DNA from: Mobula hypostoma
Lineage: Eukaryota
Direction of reading: 5' to 3'
NCBI RefSeq assembly: GCF_963921235.1
Contig: NC_086097.1
Location: 57,786,001 to 57,850,000 of the forward strand
DNA: 64,000 bases
This document shows positions 36,367 to 48,845 of this stretch, in pieces. The notes under the pieces were generated by a model. That model saw only the letters and a list, made by a program, of their open reading frames with translations. It was not told the origin of the DNA and searched no databases. Within the stretch, counting starts at the first letter, position 1. Each line of letters starts with the position of its first letter. Both the position numbers and the translations under genes were made by a program.

Positions 36367-36453
36367 ATGGGAGAATGGATCAACTCATGATAAAATGGCG
36401 GAGCAGACTCGATGGGCGAATGGCCGGCTTCTGCTCCTTTGTCTTATGGTCTT

Positions 36454-36546
36454 TATGTTCCTCCATAGATGCTGCTTGACCTGCTGAGTTCCTCCAGCAT
36501 TTTGTGTGTGTTGCTCTGGATTTCTAGCCTCTGCAGAGACCGTGTG
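36454..36546 (+). mobile_element. PLE 3' terminus and tail (continuation of 31308-32065)
   Basis: ccatagatgctgcttgacctgctgagttcctccagcattttgtgtgtgttgctctggatttctagcctctgcaga. Confidence 0.85.
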
Positions 36547-36744
36547 TTCTGTAAATTCATTTTGGCTCAATTTCTTGTTTTTTGCAGATGAGTCTTCATT
36601 GTATCATAGCAGGATTAAAGGACATTAACTTCAGAATGGGGGGCCGAATGAATCTAAGGTCCACACTCTCCTGTGCCATCAGGATGGCAAAGTATGAGTA
36701 TGCACAAGACACTTTTGTGACACCAAGGACATGTGGCGTAAGTG

Positions 36745-37292
36745 GCAAGATATACAAACTATAACCGAATATTTCCACCCTGTGTGTTGACAGTGACACC
36801 TCTGTTTCCGATAGGTTGAATGCTTTTCATGTGCGATTTGACCAGTTGAATGATGTGACATTGAGGAAAGCCACCTCTGTTCCTGAGGAACAGGATCCCT
36901 GTCTGGCTGCAACTGAGGTGAAGAAGACCCCAGCCAGGGTAAACACATGCAAGGCTGCAGGGCCAAACAACATACCTAATCAGGTGCTGCAAGATGGTGT
37001 GGCCCAGCTAACAGAGGTCTTAATAGACATCCTTAATTTCTCACTGAAACAGTCCACTCTTCATGCAGGCTTCAAGGCAGTCACCATCATTCTGGTGCCC
37101 AACAGAGTGACGGATAACTGGCCTAAATGATTGCTGCCCAGAGGCACTGACTTCAATGATCATGAAGCAAAATATTTTGGTTTATATGGAGTGTTTGATA
37201 TATATTGTGTGGGTGCGCCATGGTCCGGGGGAACATTGTTTCATTTGGTTGTATATATGTACAGTCATATGACAATAAACTTGAAAATTGAA
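36745..37292 (+). mobile_element. Rex1/Babar internal fragment joined to a 3' tail
   Basis: ORF NAFHVRFDQ..VNTCKAAGPNNIPNQVL..GFKAVTIILVP, followed by tail gacaataaacttgaa. Confidence 0.75.
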
Positions 37293-38678
37293 CCATTCTA
37301 TTGTTTTGTAGTAATGACATTTTGCAGTAAAGTTCTAACAAAAGTTTTCTCAGCACCAATTTGATGGTGCACTGTAATTGCTGAGATCTGTTCATACTGG
37401 GTTCTGAGCCTTATTCATAAATATAAATTTGAAACTATATTTTCTGAATGGGAAAGTTTATTTCACATCACAATATAAGAAAGGGTAAAGTGAGGTCTTA
37501 AAATCAATAAGAAGTAATTTGCAGTCAATAACAACATAGGAAGAGAATCTTCCTCTCCGCAGTTGTGCACTACCAGGGCAAGAAGTCAGCATGTTGAAGA
37601 TGCCTCATTGCCTTGCCTAGAATAATCAGCTCTCACTGAATATGCTCCTCCACACCATGAATGTTGGCAAGGTTGTTCCTTTGAAGCATAACTGGGATTC
37701 AGTATCTTAGCATTGACAAGCTCACCCTTAACGGTGAGAATCCCACCCGATGCTCTCAGAAGCACTTAATTAGTCTTTACCAAGACGTCAGAGAGAGTGC
37801 CGTGTTTATACACACTCTGGTCCTGGGGATTTTCTTTCAGTTTTAATCTGCATTCACAGATGAAGACTCATTTCTCCCTACTGATAACAATTTGTGGAAG
37901 GTTATGTGTGCATTCTGGAATAGTACTGTAGAAGCCTGGACGTGATCTAACTTCTGTATTGCACAATGAATGGTGAATTGGAATTGCCAGTTGGCTCAAT
38001 CCAGTCTTTTGTGTTCTCCTCTTTTCCCTGCACATTTAAAGATGTTTTGCTCAAACTTTTACAAGTTTTAATGAAGGATCATTTCAATCACTTATTCTGT
38101 TTTTCCTCTCTCTACATAAGCTGTCAGTCTTGCCATGCATTTCCACCATTTAAATGTTTTAATTATCTCAGATTTTTGATGTTTATAGTAGCTCGCTTTT
38201 GTGTTAATCACAGAAGTAACGATTGAATTGTCCATTAAATTGCCCTTTTGATCAACAGGAGAGACATTTTACAACTAAGATGAATGCAAAGAACCACACG
38301 GGTGATTCATATTAGATGACTGACGTTTGCCTTGCTTTTATTTCTTTTGTGCGTGAAAATCCCTTCCCTGTATCTCATTGTGGTAGTTACTGCTTCTTTG
38401 ATATGGCTGACTTAGAATAAATCCTGTTCAATACACTTGAGGAGATTGAACTTATCTTTATAATGTTAGTTCAAATTTGATTGGAGGGAAATGCAATGTG
38501 GTTCATTGTTTGACTTCTCTTCTATCATAAGATCAGAAGTGGGGATGTTCATTGATGAATATTCTGCCAACAGCATCCCAGAGGTCAGACATGAAACTGA
38601 AGCAGACCGACCGGCTTTATAAATACAACCGTTACTAGACAAGGTTATTTGCTGGGTCAAACTGTGGCGAATGACAGC

Positions 38679-39485
38679 CAAAGTTCCCTCTAATTTGTAA
38701 TGACCAGTGTGCGCAAAAATCCTGTTCTGTGCAATTTTTTGCCCAGTGACAACAACATGCGTGCACTGAATTTTATATGTATATATAGGTATTCATTTTA
38801 AAAGCTAGCAAAACACTGTCAATAAGAACTTTGATCTCCTCTAGGTTTGATTGTTTTTGCTCTCATTCATCTACACTCTCACAAAGCGTATGCAGCAGCC
38901 CTGCAGCGAGTAATGAAGGATTTTCTCACTGGAGCTTTGGCACAGCGTCCGTATGTGATTTGCTTGCAAAATGATACTTTTAAAAGTTGCTTCCAAATAT
39001 CACTCCACTTCTTCCCACTTGCAAATTCTCCAGCAACTTTTGCATTGTGACAATGCACACAGGTAACACCAGTTTCTGTATTGTACATAAACATTTCTCA
39101 TAGTTGCACGTTCCTGACCTCATGAGCTTTTGGTGTAGCAGTTTCTACTATTTCATTAAGCCATTCTACCTTAAATGAACTAGCATTTTTTTGTGCTCCA
39201 CTCCCTTTGCTTCTTTGGAATTCGACATTGTGAATTAATAATTTCTTCAATAAAAAGAATATAGATAAGCCAGTTCTAAAATCTGCAGACAAATCATCGC
39301 AAACTCCATGTTGTTAACACCGTCCGTATTAGAAACCGGAAAAGAAAATGCGATTGCATATGATTGTGAAATACACTTAACATGCCAATGAGATAGAGGG
39401 TGACAACCTTTTGTGTCCACTTTAAATTCCTTTGTGTGCTAGTAGCAAAAGATGAGTGCATGCACACACCTTAGGGGGAACATTG
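38679..39485 (-). mobile_element. Non-autonomous hAT transposon (Tip100-like) carrying a TTF-type zinc-finger remnant
   Basis: TIRs CAAAGTTCCCTCTAA (38679) and TTAGGGGGAACATTG (39471-39485). 8-bp flanks ATGACAGC / GTGACATC match 6/8. The minus strand encodes FKVEWL..TCVHC..EFASGKKW../HFASKSH. Confidence 0.7.
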
Positions 39486-39829
39486 GTGACATCTCAAGTC
39501 TCCACCTCCATTTAAGGAACAAGCCAAGAATGTGATAGAATACTATTTTCTGATGGGCATGGTTCTAACAATATTCAACAAAACTCATTTAATTGATGCT
39601 CATCTACCATTCATTCCCTACACCACTAAAACACCTTGCCAACAGTATTGTACTATTTACAAAATGCACTGCAGTTACTTTTCTGAGCTATCCTGGCATT
39701 TATCATCATGAAGGACAAACACAGAAATCCAGTAGTTTCCACTCAAAATCTTAACATCATTCTGACTTTGAAATGTATCATTAATCCTTCATTGTCATTA
39801 CACCGAAATCCTGGATCTGTCAACTCATT

Positions 39830-39932
39830 CGACTTGATGAATAGTCTCATCCTAAGATGTCACCTGTTTATTCCCCTCCATAGATGTTGCCTGGTCTGCT
39901 GAGCTCTGCAGCATTTTGTGTGTGTGTTGCTC
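39830..39932 (+). mobile_element. Degraded PLE terminus inside an old CR1/L3 relic
   Basis: ttgatgaatagtctc..ctgtttattcccctccatagatgttgcctggtctgctgag..gcattttgtgtgtg. Confidence 0.7.
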
Positions 39933-40241
39933 ATCTCAAAGGTACTGTGCAATTGTTTTTGATGGTGGCTCACTGCCATCTGCATGTAGGTAATTCCCTG
40001 CATCCTGAAAAATGAATAAATAAAAACAGTCTGCTGTTTAATCTTGAGCAGTAATTTGGGTTAATTTGGTTTGTATTTTATTCATGGATAAGATCACCTC
40101 ATGCTGATCCCCTCTCTTGGATGGGAAGACCAGGTATCACCAATGACTCAGGATCTAGACATGGGGTCAACATCATGATTCTTCTCTGCATTAATTGGAT
40201 TCTCTTTACGACTTTGTGAGCAGACGTGAATGCTATATTCA

Positions 40242-40380
40242 CAAACAAGAGAAAATTTGCGGATGCTGGAAATCCGAGCAACACACACAAAATGCTGGAG
40301 GAACTCAGCAGGCCAGGAAGCATCTAGGAAAAGAGTACAGTCGAAGTTTCAGGCTGAGAGTCTATGGCAGGACTAGACTT
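40242..40380 (-). mobile_element. Short PLE terminus with tail
   Basis: Same text as the other PLE ends. Possible decayed TSD TGAATGCTATATTCA / TGAATGTTGAATTCA. Confidence 0.8.
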
Positions 40381-40899
40381 TGAATGTTGAATTCATTGGG
40401 CAATATGGCTAGAGCAGTTTAAAGTTTAAGCATAGAATCCCATGATCAATATTCTATTTTTGTTGTATATATCAACATCTCATTTTCTTTCTTGATTGCA
40501 TTGGTTGGGCATTTCAAAACTCTTTTAAATTTCCCCCATAGCTACTTGGCAGTAATTGGTGCAGAAAGGATAAGCCAAATGGTCATCTTTTCTGTGATAT
40601 CAGCACCATTCATGAAATGTATGCAGCATCTGTGTTTCATTCCTTGATGACTACTCGAAATGAAGGAAATTGGAATGGAATGGTCTTGAGTCCAGTTGTT
40701 AGGAGCACACAGAAGCCTAGTGCAAATGGTGGAAGGAATGCAAAATCTCCCAAACTGCCTGACCAAACACTTCCTGGCCCCACTTGTGTCAGGATCTGCA
40801 GGCTCCACATTCGGCTTCATCAATGATCTCAGAAGTCTTAAAGGAGTGAGGGTTAAAGCAAGTCATCCTGCATCCTAAAGGACTGCTGAAGAAGAAGGT

Positions 40900-41815
40900 C
40901 AGCTAGCTGTGACTAGTGGGGTACCACAAGAATCAGCGTTTGGAGTACAGTGATTTACAGACTATAAACATGTTTTTCAAGCTTGCTTGTGAGAGTTGAT
41001 GAGGATGCAAAGAGAATTTATGGTTTTATTAATGTACTCAGACAGTGGGCAACAACATGGAAGGTGGAGCACAAGTAGAAACATATAAAGTTTGCTGAGT
41101 ATTTTTTAAATGGAGAAAAGCTGGAAAATATTGAAGTTCTAAGGGGCTTGGCTATTCTTGTGTTCAAATCACTGAAAGCTACCATGCAAGAGCAGTCAAT
41201 TTGGCAATCAAATGGTAAATTGGCCTTTATAGCAAGAAGATTTGTGTACAAGAATGAAGATGTCACCATTTGTTACAATGCCTAGAGGGATATTTACAAT
41301 ATTGACCACGTTTCTTAAAAAGGTTGTACTTGCTATAGAAAATACAATGAAGATTACTCAGCTTGGTTCCTGGAGTGATAGGTCTGTCAGATAAGGAGAC
41401 GCTGATTGGGTTAGCCATTATTGCTTAGAGTTTAGCAAAATGAGAGGTGACCTGATTGAAACATGCAGAGTTCTTGCAGGTCTTGAAAGGGTTGCAGGGA
41501 GGATGTTGCTTTCCCTTGACTAAGGAACCTAAAGTTCAGGATCACAATCTCAATATAAAGGGTGGACCATTCAGGACACAAATGATAAGAATTTCTTTCA
41601 GTAATGTTGGTGAATCTTTGGAATTCTTTTCCCTGGGATTCTGTGGAGAATGAATTGGTCATTTTAAATAGAACCAGGGCTCAATAGATTTCTGGATATT
41701 GATGGGAAAGAGGTTTGGGCAAAAAGTGGTGTTGAGGTAGATTAGTCATGATGTTATTGAACAGCAGGACAGGTGTGGGGCAAAATGATCTACCAGCCAT
41801 AGACTTATTACTTTC
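40900..41815 (+). mobile_element. Old CR1 RT and 3' relic
   Basis: gtgactagtggggtaccacaag (VTSGVPQ)..tgagaggtgacctgattgaaaca. Confidence 0.8.
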
Positions 41816-43309
41816 TATTCCCCATGTATTACTTCACAATCATCTGTTTTCACTGCTCCCTTTAACTTGCTGTTATTTGAAGGTGCAAACAGCTTGAGTC
41901 AAACCTCTATTCCAGTTCTAATGACTATACACAATTTGAAGTTTGACTCAAAATTGTCTGACTGCAGTTATTGTTTGAAGTATTTATTTTCCCCTTCTAG
42001 TTAACCAAGAGAGCAGAAACAAATAGTATATGTGATAAATTAATTTAAATCTTACTCATTCTTTTCCTTTCACTGTACGACTCTGCTTAGTAAACTTTTA
42101 CACCTTGCAGCATGTATAGGGTTAACTCCTAAAGCTACACTGTATTTAGCAGAAACTCATCCATTTAAACCGGTTTGTTTGTCTACTAGATTTTCCTTAA
42201 GGTTTTAGCACAGAAGGTCTGAGGTGTTGATTGGTGAATCATCATAAGGAGCTGTTCCTTACAATCTCAAATATCTCATGGTATTGTTATAAATAGTCCC
42301 ATGCTCCCTCACTGTGAGAGTTTGCTTGTTTAAGGCGTTGTTCTATTCAAACTGCAGAGCAGGGTGCAAAGGGGATTCCACGAGGCACTCTAGCCACACA
42401 TCATGAGGAAAGATCCCAACCTGGGCTTGGTCCTTCAACTGAAAGGAGAGAAGCATTTGCACTATGCTAATTATTCCGATGTCTGCCAGTCAGTCATTTC
42501 TTTGGATAATGTGCCTACTGCACTTTTGATCAGAATGGGTGGAGCAACTTTATTGTGGAGGCCATTCAGTATGAAAGGTAAAGCGGGAATATGCACACTA
42601 ATTTGAAGTTGACTGCTTTTGGAGAGGTGCATGAAATTACTGAACATTACACCCCTGTGTGTGTATGTGCATCTTGTAATGTGTATAATTATTATTGCCT
42701 GGTAGGGAATGGTGGGTGGCCCCACAGCTCTGCTGCCTTCATCCACCGTCCACGGTCCCTGAACAGGAGGAATGTGAGAGGGAGGGCTGCAGAAATCTGT
42801 CAACTAGTCAGTTCCTTACCACTTGAATCTTCTTTTCATGTGCTCATTGATATTTCAAAATTGCTTTAGCATCTCCAAGTTGCCATTGGAAGTTATTTCC
42901 ATTTCCAAGAGGCACTTAGGCCCTGACCAAAATGGTGACATCTTGGATGTTGGCAAGAACAGAGTGGGAAGTGAGTTGAGGTTGGTTTATTATATCGACA
43001 CTTGAACTTATCCAACAGAACACAACTACAACTTTCCCCTGAAGAGGTTGCTGGAAATGGTAGAGTTTATCCTGCATTTTCAAAGTTTGCCTCAGAATTA
43101 CCAAGTAATGGTCAAACCACTGTACCACATCATAAACTATTTGCTGACTCCTATTATTTTACAATATTAGAGGTTTTAATTGATTATAAGTACAATTTGT
43201 GTGCTATGACATTAATAACTAACTGTTTTTGGAAAGAATATCTGTTTTTCAATTCCTTACCCTTTGGTGAATATGAGCTAAACTAAAACTAAACCATAGT
43301 GATTAGGAT

Positions 43310-43565
43310 TTTACCATTGTTTTAGCTGTTCTGGAACATGATGGTGTGGGACTTCAGGCTCCTGTGCTTGCCCAATGACAGCTGTAAGAAGATGGCATGG
43401 CTCGGAATGTGGGATTCTTGATGGATGTTGCGTACTTGTGGCAGTATCTCCTAGCGATACTACCAGTGGTAAGAAGGAGGCACATGCAGAGTCCTCTTTT
43501 CTATGCAATTTCTTGTATTCCTGCACATTCGAACTGAAACCAGTTAGGATACATTGAACGGTACA
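43310..43565 (-). mobile_element. Rex1 3' fragment
   Basis: gctgttctggaacatgatggtgtgggacttcaggctcctgt..gaagatggcatgg is similar to 11735-11830. Confidence 0.65.
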
Positions 43566-43879
43566 TCTCCGCAATGCTGCAGTTCAGTGATCGACAAAAA
43601 AAGTGCTTGACGATATACCATTTAAAATGTCTATTTCATTTATATTTCTCCTTCTGAAAAACCCTTACTTTGAGTATTTTGCCTGTTGTGAGCAGTACGA
43701 TGACTGTGAGCAAATTCTTACTTGGTTTCATGTTAATCCAACTTGTCACCAAAGCTGAAGACACAAAAGTCTGCAGGTGCTGGAATCTGGAGCTAATAAG
43801 AACTCAATAGGTCAAACAGCATCTGCAAAGGCAAAGGAACAGTTGTCATTTCGGATAGGGGGTGAAGTCAGATTTGTAT

Positions 43880-45075
43880 AGACAAAGGCGAGCAAGTGGA
43901 TGTTGTTTACTTGGATTTTCAGAAGGCCTTTGACAAGGTGCCACACATGAGGCTACTTAACAGGATAGGAGCCCATGGTGTTACAGGAAAGAATCTGGCA
44001 TGGAGAGAAGATTGGCTGATTGGCAGGAGGAAAAGAGTGGGAATAAAGGGAGCCTTTTTTGGTTGGCTGTTAGTCACTAGTGGTTCGCACAAGGGTCGAT
44101 GTTGGGACTGATTCTTTTCATGTTGTACGTCAGTGATTTGGATGATGGAATTGATGGCTTTGTGGCCAAGTTTACAGATGATATGAAGGTAGGTGGAGGA
44201 GCAGGCAGTGTTGAGGAAGCAGGGAGTCTGCAGAAGGGCATAGATTAGGACCATAGTAAAGACATGGCAGATGGAATATAGTGTAGGGAAGTGTATAGTC
44301 ATGCACTTTTGTAGAGGGAACAAAGGTATAGACTATTTCCTAAATGGGGAGAAAATTCAAAAATCAGAGGTGCAAAAGGATTCCCTAAAGGTTAACTTGC
44401 AGGTTGCGTCTGTGTTAAGGAAGGCAAATGCAATGTTAGCACTCATTTTGAGAGGACCAAAACATAAATGCAAGGATGTAATGCTGAGGCTTTATAAGAC
44501 ATTGGTCAAACCACATTTGAAGAGTAGTGAGAACTTTTGAGCTATTTTGCTGAGAAAAGATGTACTGGCATTGGAGAGAGAAGGTTCAGAGGAGGTTCTC
44601 GAGAATCATTCTGTGAATGAAAGAGTTAACATATGAGGAGTGCTTGATGGCTCTGGGCCTGTACTCACTGGAGTTTAGAAGAATGAGGGGGATCTTACTG
44701 AAACCTAACAAATATTGAAAGGCCTAGACAGAGAGGATGTGGAGAGGATGATTCCTAGAGTGGGTGAGTCTAAGACCAGAGCAGCCTCAGAATAGACAGA
44801 TGTCCATTTAGAACAGAAATGAGGAGGAATTTCTTTAGCCCGTGTGTAGTGAATTTGTGGAATTCCTTGCCACAGATGGCTGTGGAGGCTAAGTCATTGG
44901 GTATATTTAAAGTGTAGTTTGTTGGTTTCTTGATTCGTCAGGGCATCAAAGGTTATAGGGAGAAGGCTGGAGGGTGGGATTGAGAGGGATAATAAGTCAG
45001 CCATAATGGAATGGTGGAGCTGGCCAGATGGGTTGAATGGCCTATTTCTGATCCTGTCTCATGGTGTTATGGTCT
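43880..45075 (+). mobile_element. 5'-truncated CR1, flanked by inverted PLE terminus halves (43760-43875 minus; 45076-45160 plus)
   Basis: DVVYLDFQKAFDKVPHMRLLNRI, similar to 35250-36453. Tail tcatggtgttatggtct. Confidence 0.9.
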
Positions 45076-46571
45076 AATTCAGGGTTTCGAACTGCATCGT
45101 TGAATATCTCTTTACTGCTCAGATGCTGCTTGACTTGATGAAATGTTCTTGCAGTTCATTTCTGGGACAATACCATTGCTGTTTAATGTTTGTTTTCATC
45201 TGCTTAGAAATGGTGTGTTTAAGGTTTAATGTGAGATGAAAGGTTAAATTTGCTTTTGCCACGTATAATGAGATTTCATACTGCTAACCAGTTAATCTTT
45301 TGAATGTATCACCCATGTATGTGATAGCAGACTCTCACTTCCAACTTAATCTTGTGCATATGAATTTAATTTGGATTTGGTTCATTTTTGAATCTATTTA
45401 ATCCAACTCCATTTATTGACTGGAGCTGAAACGAATTATTTTGCCAGTTGTTCAAAACCATCTTAAGAATGAATTCATCTTCAAACTATTAAAAGAGGAA
45501 ACTTTGCTAGATCTACATATAAAGATATTGGACTATCTTTAAAAACTGTGTACTTGTTTGATTGACTATGTTCAGATGTATCTGAATGGTTGTGTTAATA
45601 GCACTGACAGTTTTCTCTGCTTGGTGCTATTCTACATATAGATTCCGCAGCGGATGAGTAAAATGAACATATGTACAAAACAATGATTATTGAAACAGCT
45701 GTGATACTGTAATGTTTTTGAACAGCTGCTTTTTATTATTGTTTTGAAAAAATTAAGAATATTTTGGTTCGGATCCCATTTACCACCCAGAACTGCGTCT
45801 GTAAAATAAAATTATCCGAGATGGTATTCTCTCTCATTGTCTGGTGGCCAATTTTTAACATCTTGTAGGCACCTTGATCAGTCTAAAAATTTTTGCTACA
45901 TAGTTTTATTGTATCTGCATTTAAATTTATCTTCCCTGTATGAAGTCAAATCTTCCTTGGAACCTGTTTTTCTCTGTTTGAGAAGGTGAATAAATAATTT
46001 TCGACCATCTTCAGATGTATCTCTCAGACAATATAGTTAGAGATGCTGAAGTTTACTTCAAACACAATTATACTAAAATGGAGAGTAACCAGTCTTGAAA
46101 TTATACTCACAGGAGGTCAATTCATGTTCTGCCATTTGACATTGGGTCAGTACTTGTCACCAAAGCTGAGATGTCCATGATCACTGCTGATGAATGTGGA
46201 TTTAATATTTACACTTTTTGCTTGGCAGTTTGCTAACTGAAGCTATTATGGTCATAAATTGTGAAGGACATGCGGTTTCTGGGTTATGTGAGATATGATA
46301 GTACCAAGAGGGGGTAATAAGGTTGTCAACAGAATGGTCTAAAAGAGGTGGCTAAGCCATGCTTGTAGGTGTGTTGGGTGTCAAGCACATAGAATGCTCT
46401 TTGATGTCTCTGATATTCAGGAATATTAAAACATGTTTATGTATCCATGTTACAAACATACTCTAAGGTATTTAATAATTTTAATATATTTCTGAGAATT
46501 TTATAACTTTGCAATCTTTTGTCATGTCTGAGAGAGGTGAGTAGGAGTGGGTGGAGTTACAGGATGCCTTT

Positions 46572-47687
46572 ATAGAAACATAGAAACATAGAAAATAGGT
46601 GCAGGAGTAGGCCATTCGGCCCTTCAAGCCTGCACCGCCATTTATTATGATCATGGCTGATCATCCAACTCAGAACCCCGCCCCAGCCTTCCCTCCATAA
46701 CTCCTGACCCCCGTAGCCACAAGGGCCATATCTAACTCCCTCTTAAATATAGCCAATGAACTGGCCTCAACAGTTTCCTGTGGCAGAGAATTCCACAGAT
46801 TCACCACTCTCTGTGTGAAGATGTTTTTCCTAATCTCGGTCCTAAAAGGCTTCCCCTCTATCCTCAAACGGTGGCCCCTCGTTCTGAACTTCCCCAACAT
46901 CGGGAACAATCTTCCTGCATCTAGCCTGTCCAATCCCTTTAGGATCTTATACGTTTCAATCAGATCCCCCCTCAATCTTCTAAATTCCAACGAGTACAAG
47001 CCCAGTTCATCCAGTCTTTCTTCATATGAAAGTCCTGCCATCCCAGGAATCAATCTGGTGAACCTTCTTTGTACTCCCTCTATGGCAAAGATGTCTTTCC
47101 TCAGATTAGGGGACCAAAACTGCACACAATACTCCAGGTGTGGTCTCACCAAGGCCTTGTACAACTGCAGTAGTACCTCCCTGCTCCTGTACTCGAATCC
47201 TCTCGCTATAAATGCCAGCATACCATTCGCCTTTTTCACCGCCTGCTGTACCTGCATGCCCACTTTCAATGACTGGTGTATAATGACACCCAGGTCTTGT
47301 TGCACCTCCCCTTTTCCTAATCGGCCACCATTCAGATAATAATCTGTTTTCCTATTTTTGCCACCAAAGTGGATAACTTCACATTTATCCACATTAAATT
47401 GCATCTGCCATGAATTTGCCCACTCACCCAACCTATCCAAGTCACCCTGTATCCTCTTAGCATCCTCCTCACAGCTAACACTGCCACCCAGCTTCGTGTC
47501 ATCCGCAAACTTGGAGATGCTGCATTTAATTCCCTCATCCAAGTCATTAATATATATTGTAAACAACTGGGGTCCCAGCACTGAGCCTTGCGGTACCCCA
47601 CTAGTCACTGCCTGCCATTCTGAAAAGGTCCCGTTTATTCCCACTCTTTGCTTCCTATCTGCCAACCAATTCTCCACCCACACCAAT
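46572..47687 (-). mobile_element. Young 5'-truncated CR1 with open ORF2 C-terminus (338 aa)
   Basis: Nearly identical to 3357-4468, with (ATGTTTCT)n tail. Possible TSD ATGCCTTT / ATGTCTTT. Confidence 0.95.
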
Positions 47688-48224
47688 GTCTTTCATGATA
47701 ACACTTGGGGGTCTACTAGGCCTGCTATCTGCCACCTTGCTGGCAGTGGTTCTCTCGCTGGATCTTATGCCTGATTCTTTGTGGACCTTCACAGATTGCT
47801 GAAGATTTTCCTGGAGTATGTGGTCCTATATATTCCAAATGCCAAGCATAAAACCGCTTCTACAAAAGATATGGTGTCCTTTTCCTTTGACATGCTAGCC
47901 TCCACGGTCTATAGATTTGGAAGCTTAAAAAAATTCATTTTCCAAATACAAAAAGGAAGGAACCTTAATGAATTAAAAACTGGCAAGTGGGATTAATTTT
48001 CTTTTAGGTTTGCAGGCATCAACTTGATGAGGCAAATGAATATTCTAAGTCTAACCTTTTTCAGTACACACCGAGTGAAATCTCAAGCAATAACCCACAC
48101 CATGATTCTAACTCTTCTGAAAGAAGTGCACCAACGGTACATTTAGGGTTGCTTCATTGCTGGTTAGTGGAGCCAGGTGTATGAGATCTTCAAGAGATGT
48201 GCTTTGATAATAGCACATTATCAA

Positions 48225-48845
48225 TAGTTCAAATGTCATTAGAAACGGGGATGGTGCTGGAGGATTGGCGTATTGCTCATGTTGTTTCATTGTTTAAAAA
48301 GGGTTCTCAGAGTAAACCTAGCAATTATCGGCCTGTGAGTTTGACGTCAGTGGTGGGTAAATTGATGGAAAGTATTCTTAGAGATGGTATATATAATTGT
48401 CTAGATAGACAGGGTCTGATTAGGAGCAGTCAACATGGATTTGCGCGGGAAAGGTCATGTTTGACAAATCTTATTGAATTTTGAGAGGGGACTTAGTAGA
48501 GGTATTTAAAATTATGAAGGGGATAGATAGACTTGACGCGGATAGGCTTTTTCCATTGAGAGTGGGGGAGATTGAAACAAGAGGACATGAGTTGAGAGTT
48601 AGAGGGCAAAAGTTTAGGGGTAACATGAGGAGGAACTTCTTTACTCAGAGAGTGGTAGCTGTGTGGAACGAGGCAGGTTTGATATTGTCATTTAAAGTAA
48701 AATTGGATAGCTATATGGACAGGAAAGGAATGGAGGGTTATGGGCTGAGTGCAGGTCGGTGAGACTAGGTGAGAGTAAGCGTTCGGCATGGATTAGAAGG
48801 GCCGAGATAGCCTGTTTCCATGCTGTAATTGTTATATGGTTATAA
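48225..48845 (+). mobile_element. CR1 fragment with large internal deletion
   Basis: EDWRIAHVVSLFKKG..SCLTNLIEF is joined directly to RGDLVEVFKIMKG at ~48482. Confidence 0.88.

Larger units (their letters stand above)
32066..36453 (+). mobile_element. Full-length CR1 LINE (5' UTR, ORF1, disrupted ORF2, 3' tail)
   Basis: CpG-rich 5' UTR, ORF1, APE, RT and C-terminus in order. Tail gtcttatggtct. Flanked by the two halves of a PLE terminus. Confidence 0.93.

Noticed and set aside
36570..36660. Strong acceptor-like tttcttgttttttgcag followed by ATG
   Set aside because: No good donor, the peptide is not recognisable, and it lies between transposon fragments.
47985..48050. Acceptor-like ttttcttttag followed by a short open frame
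   Set aside because: The context ggcaagtgggatt..ggcatcaacttgatgaggcaaatg looks like a decayed CR1 3' UTR.
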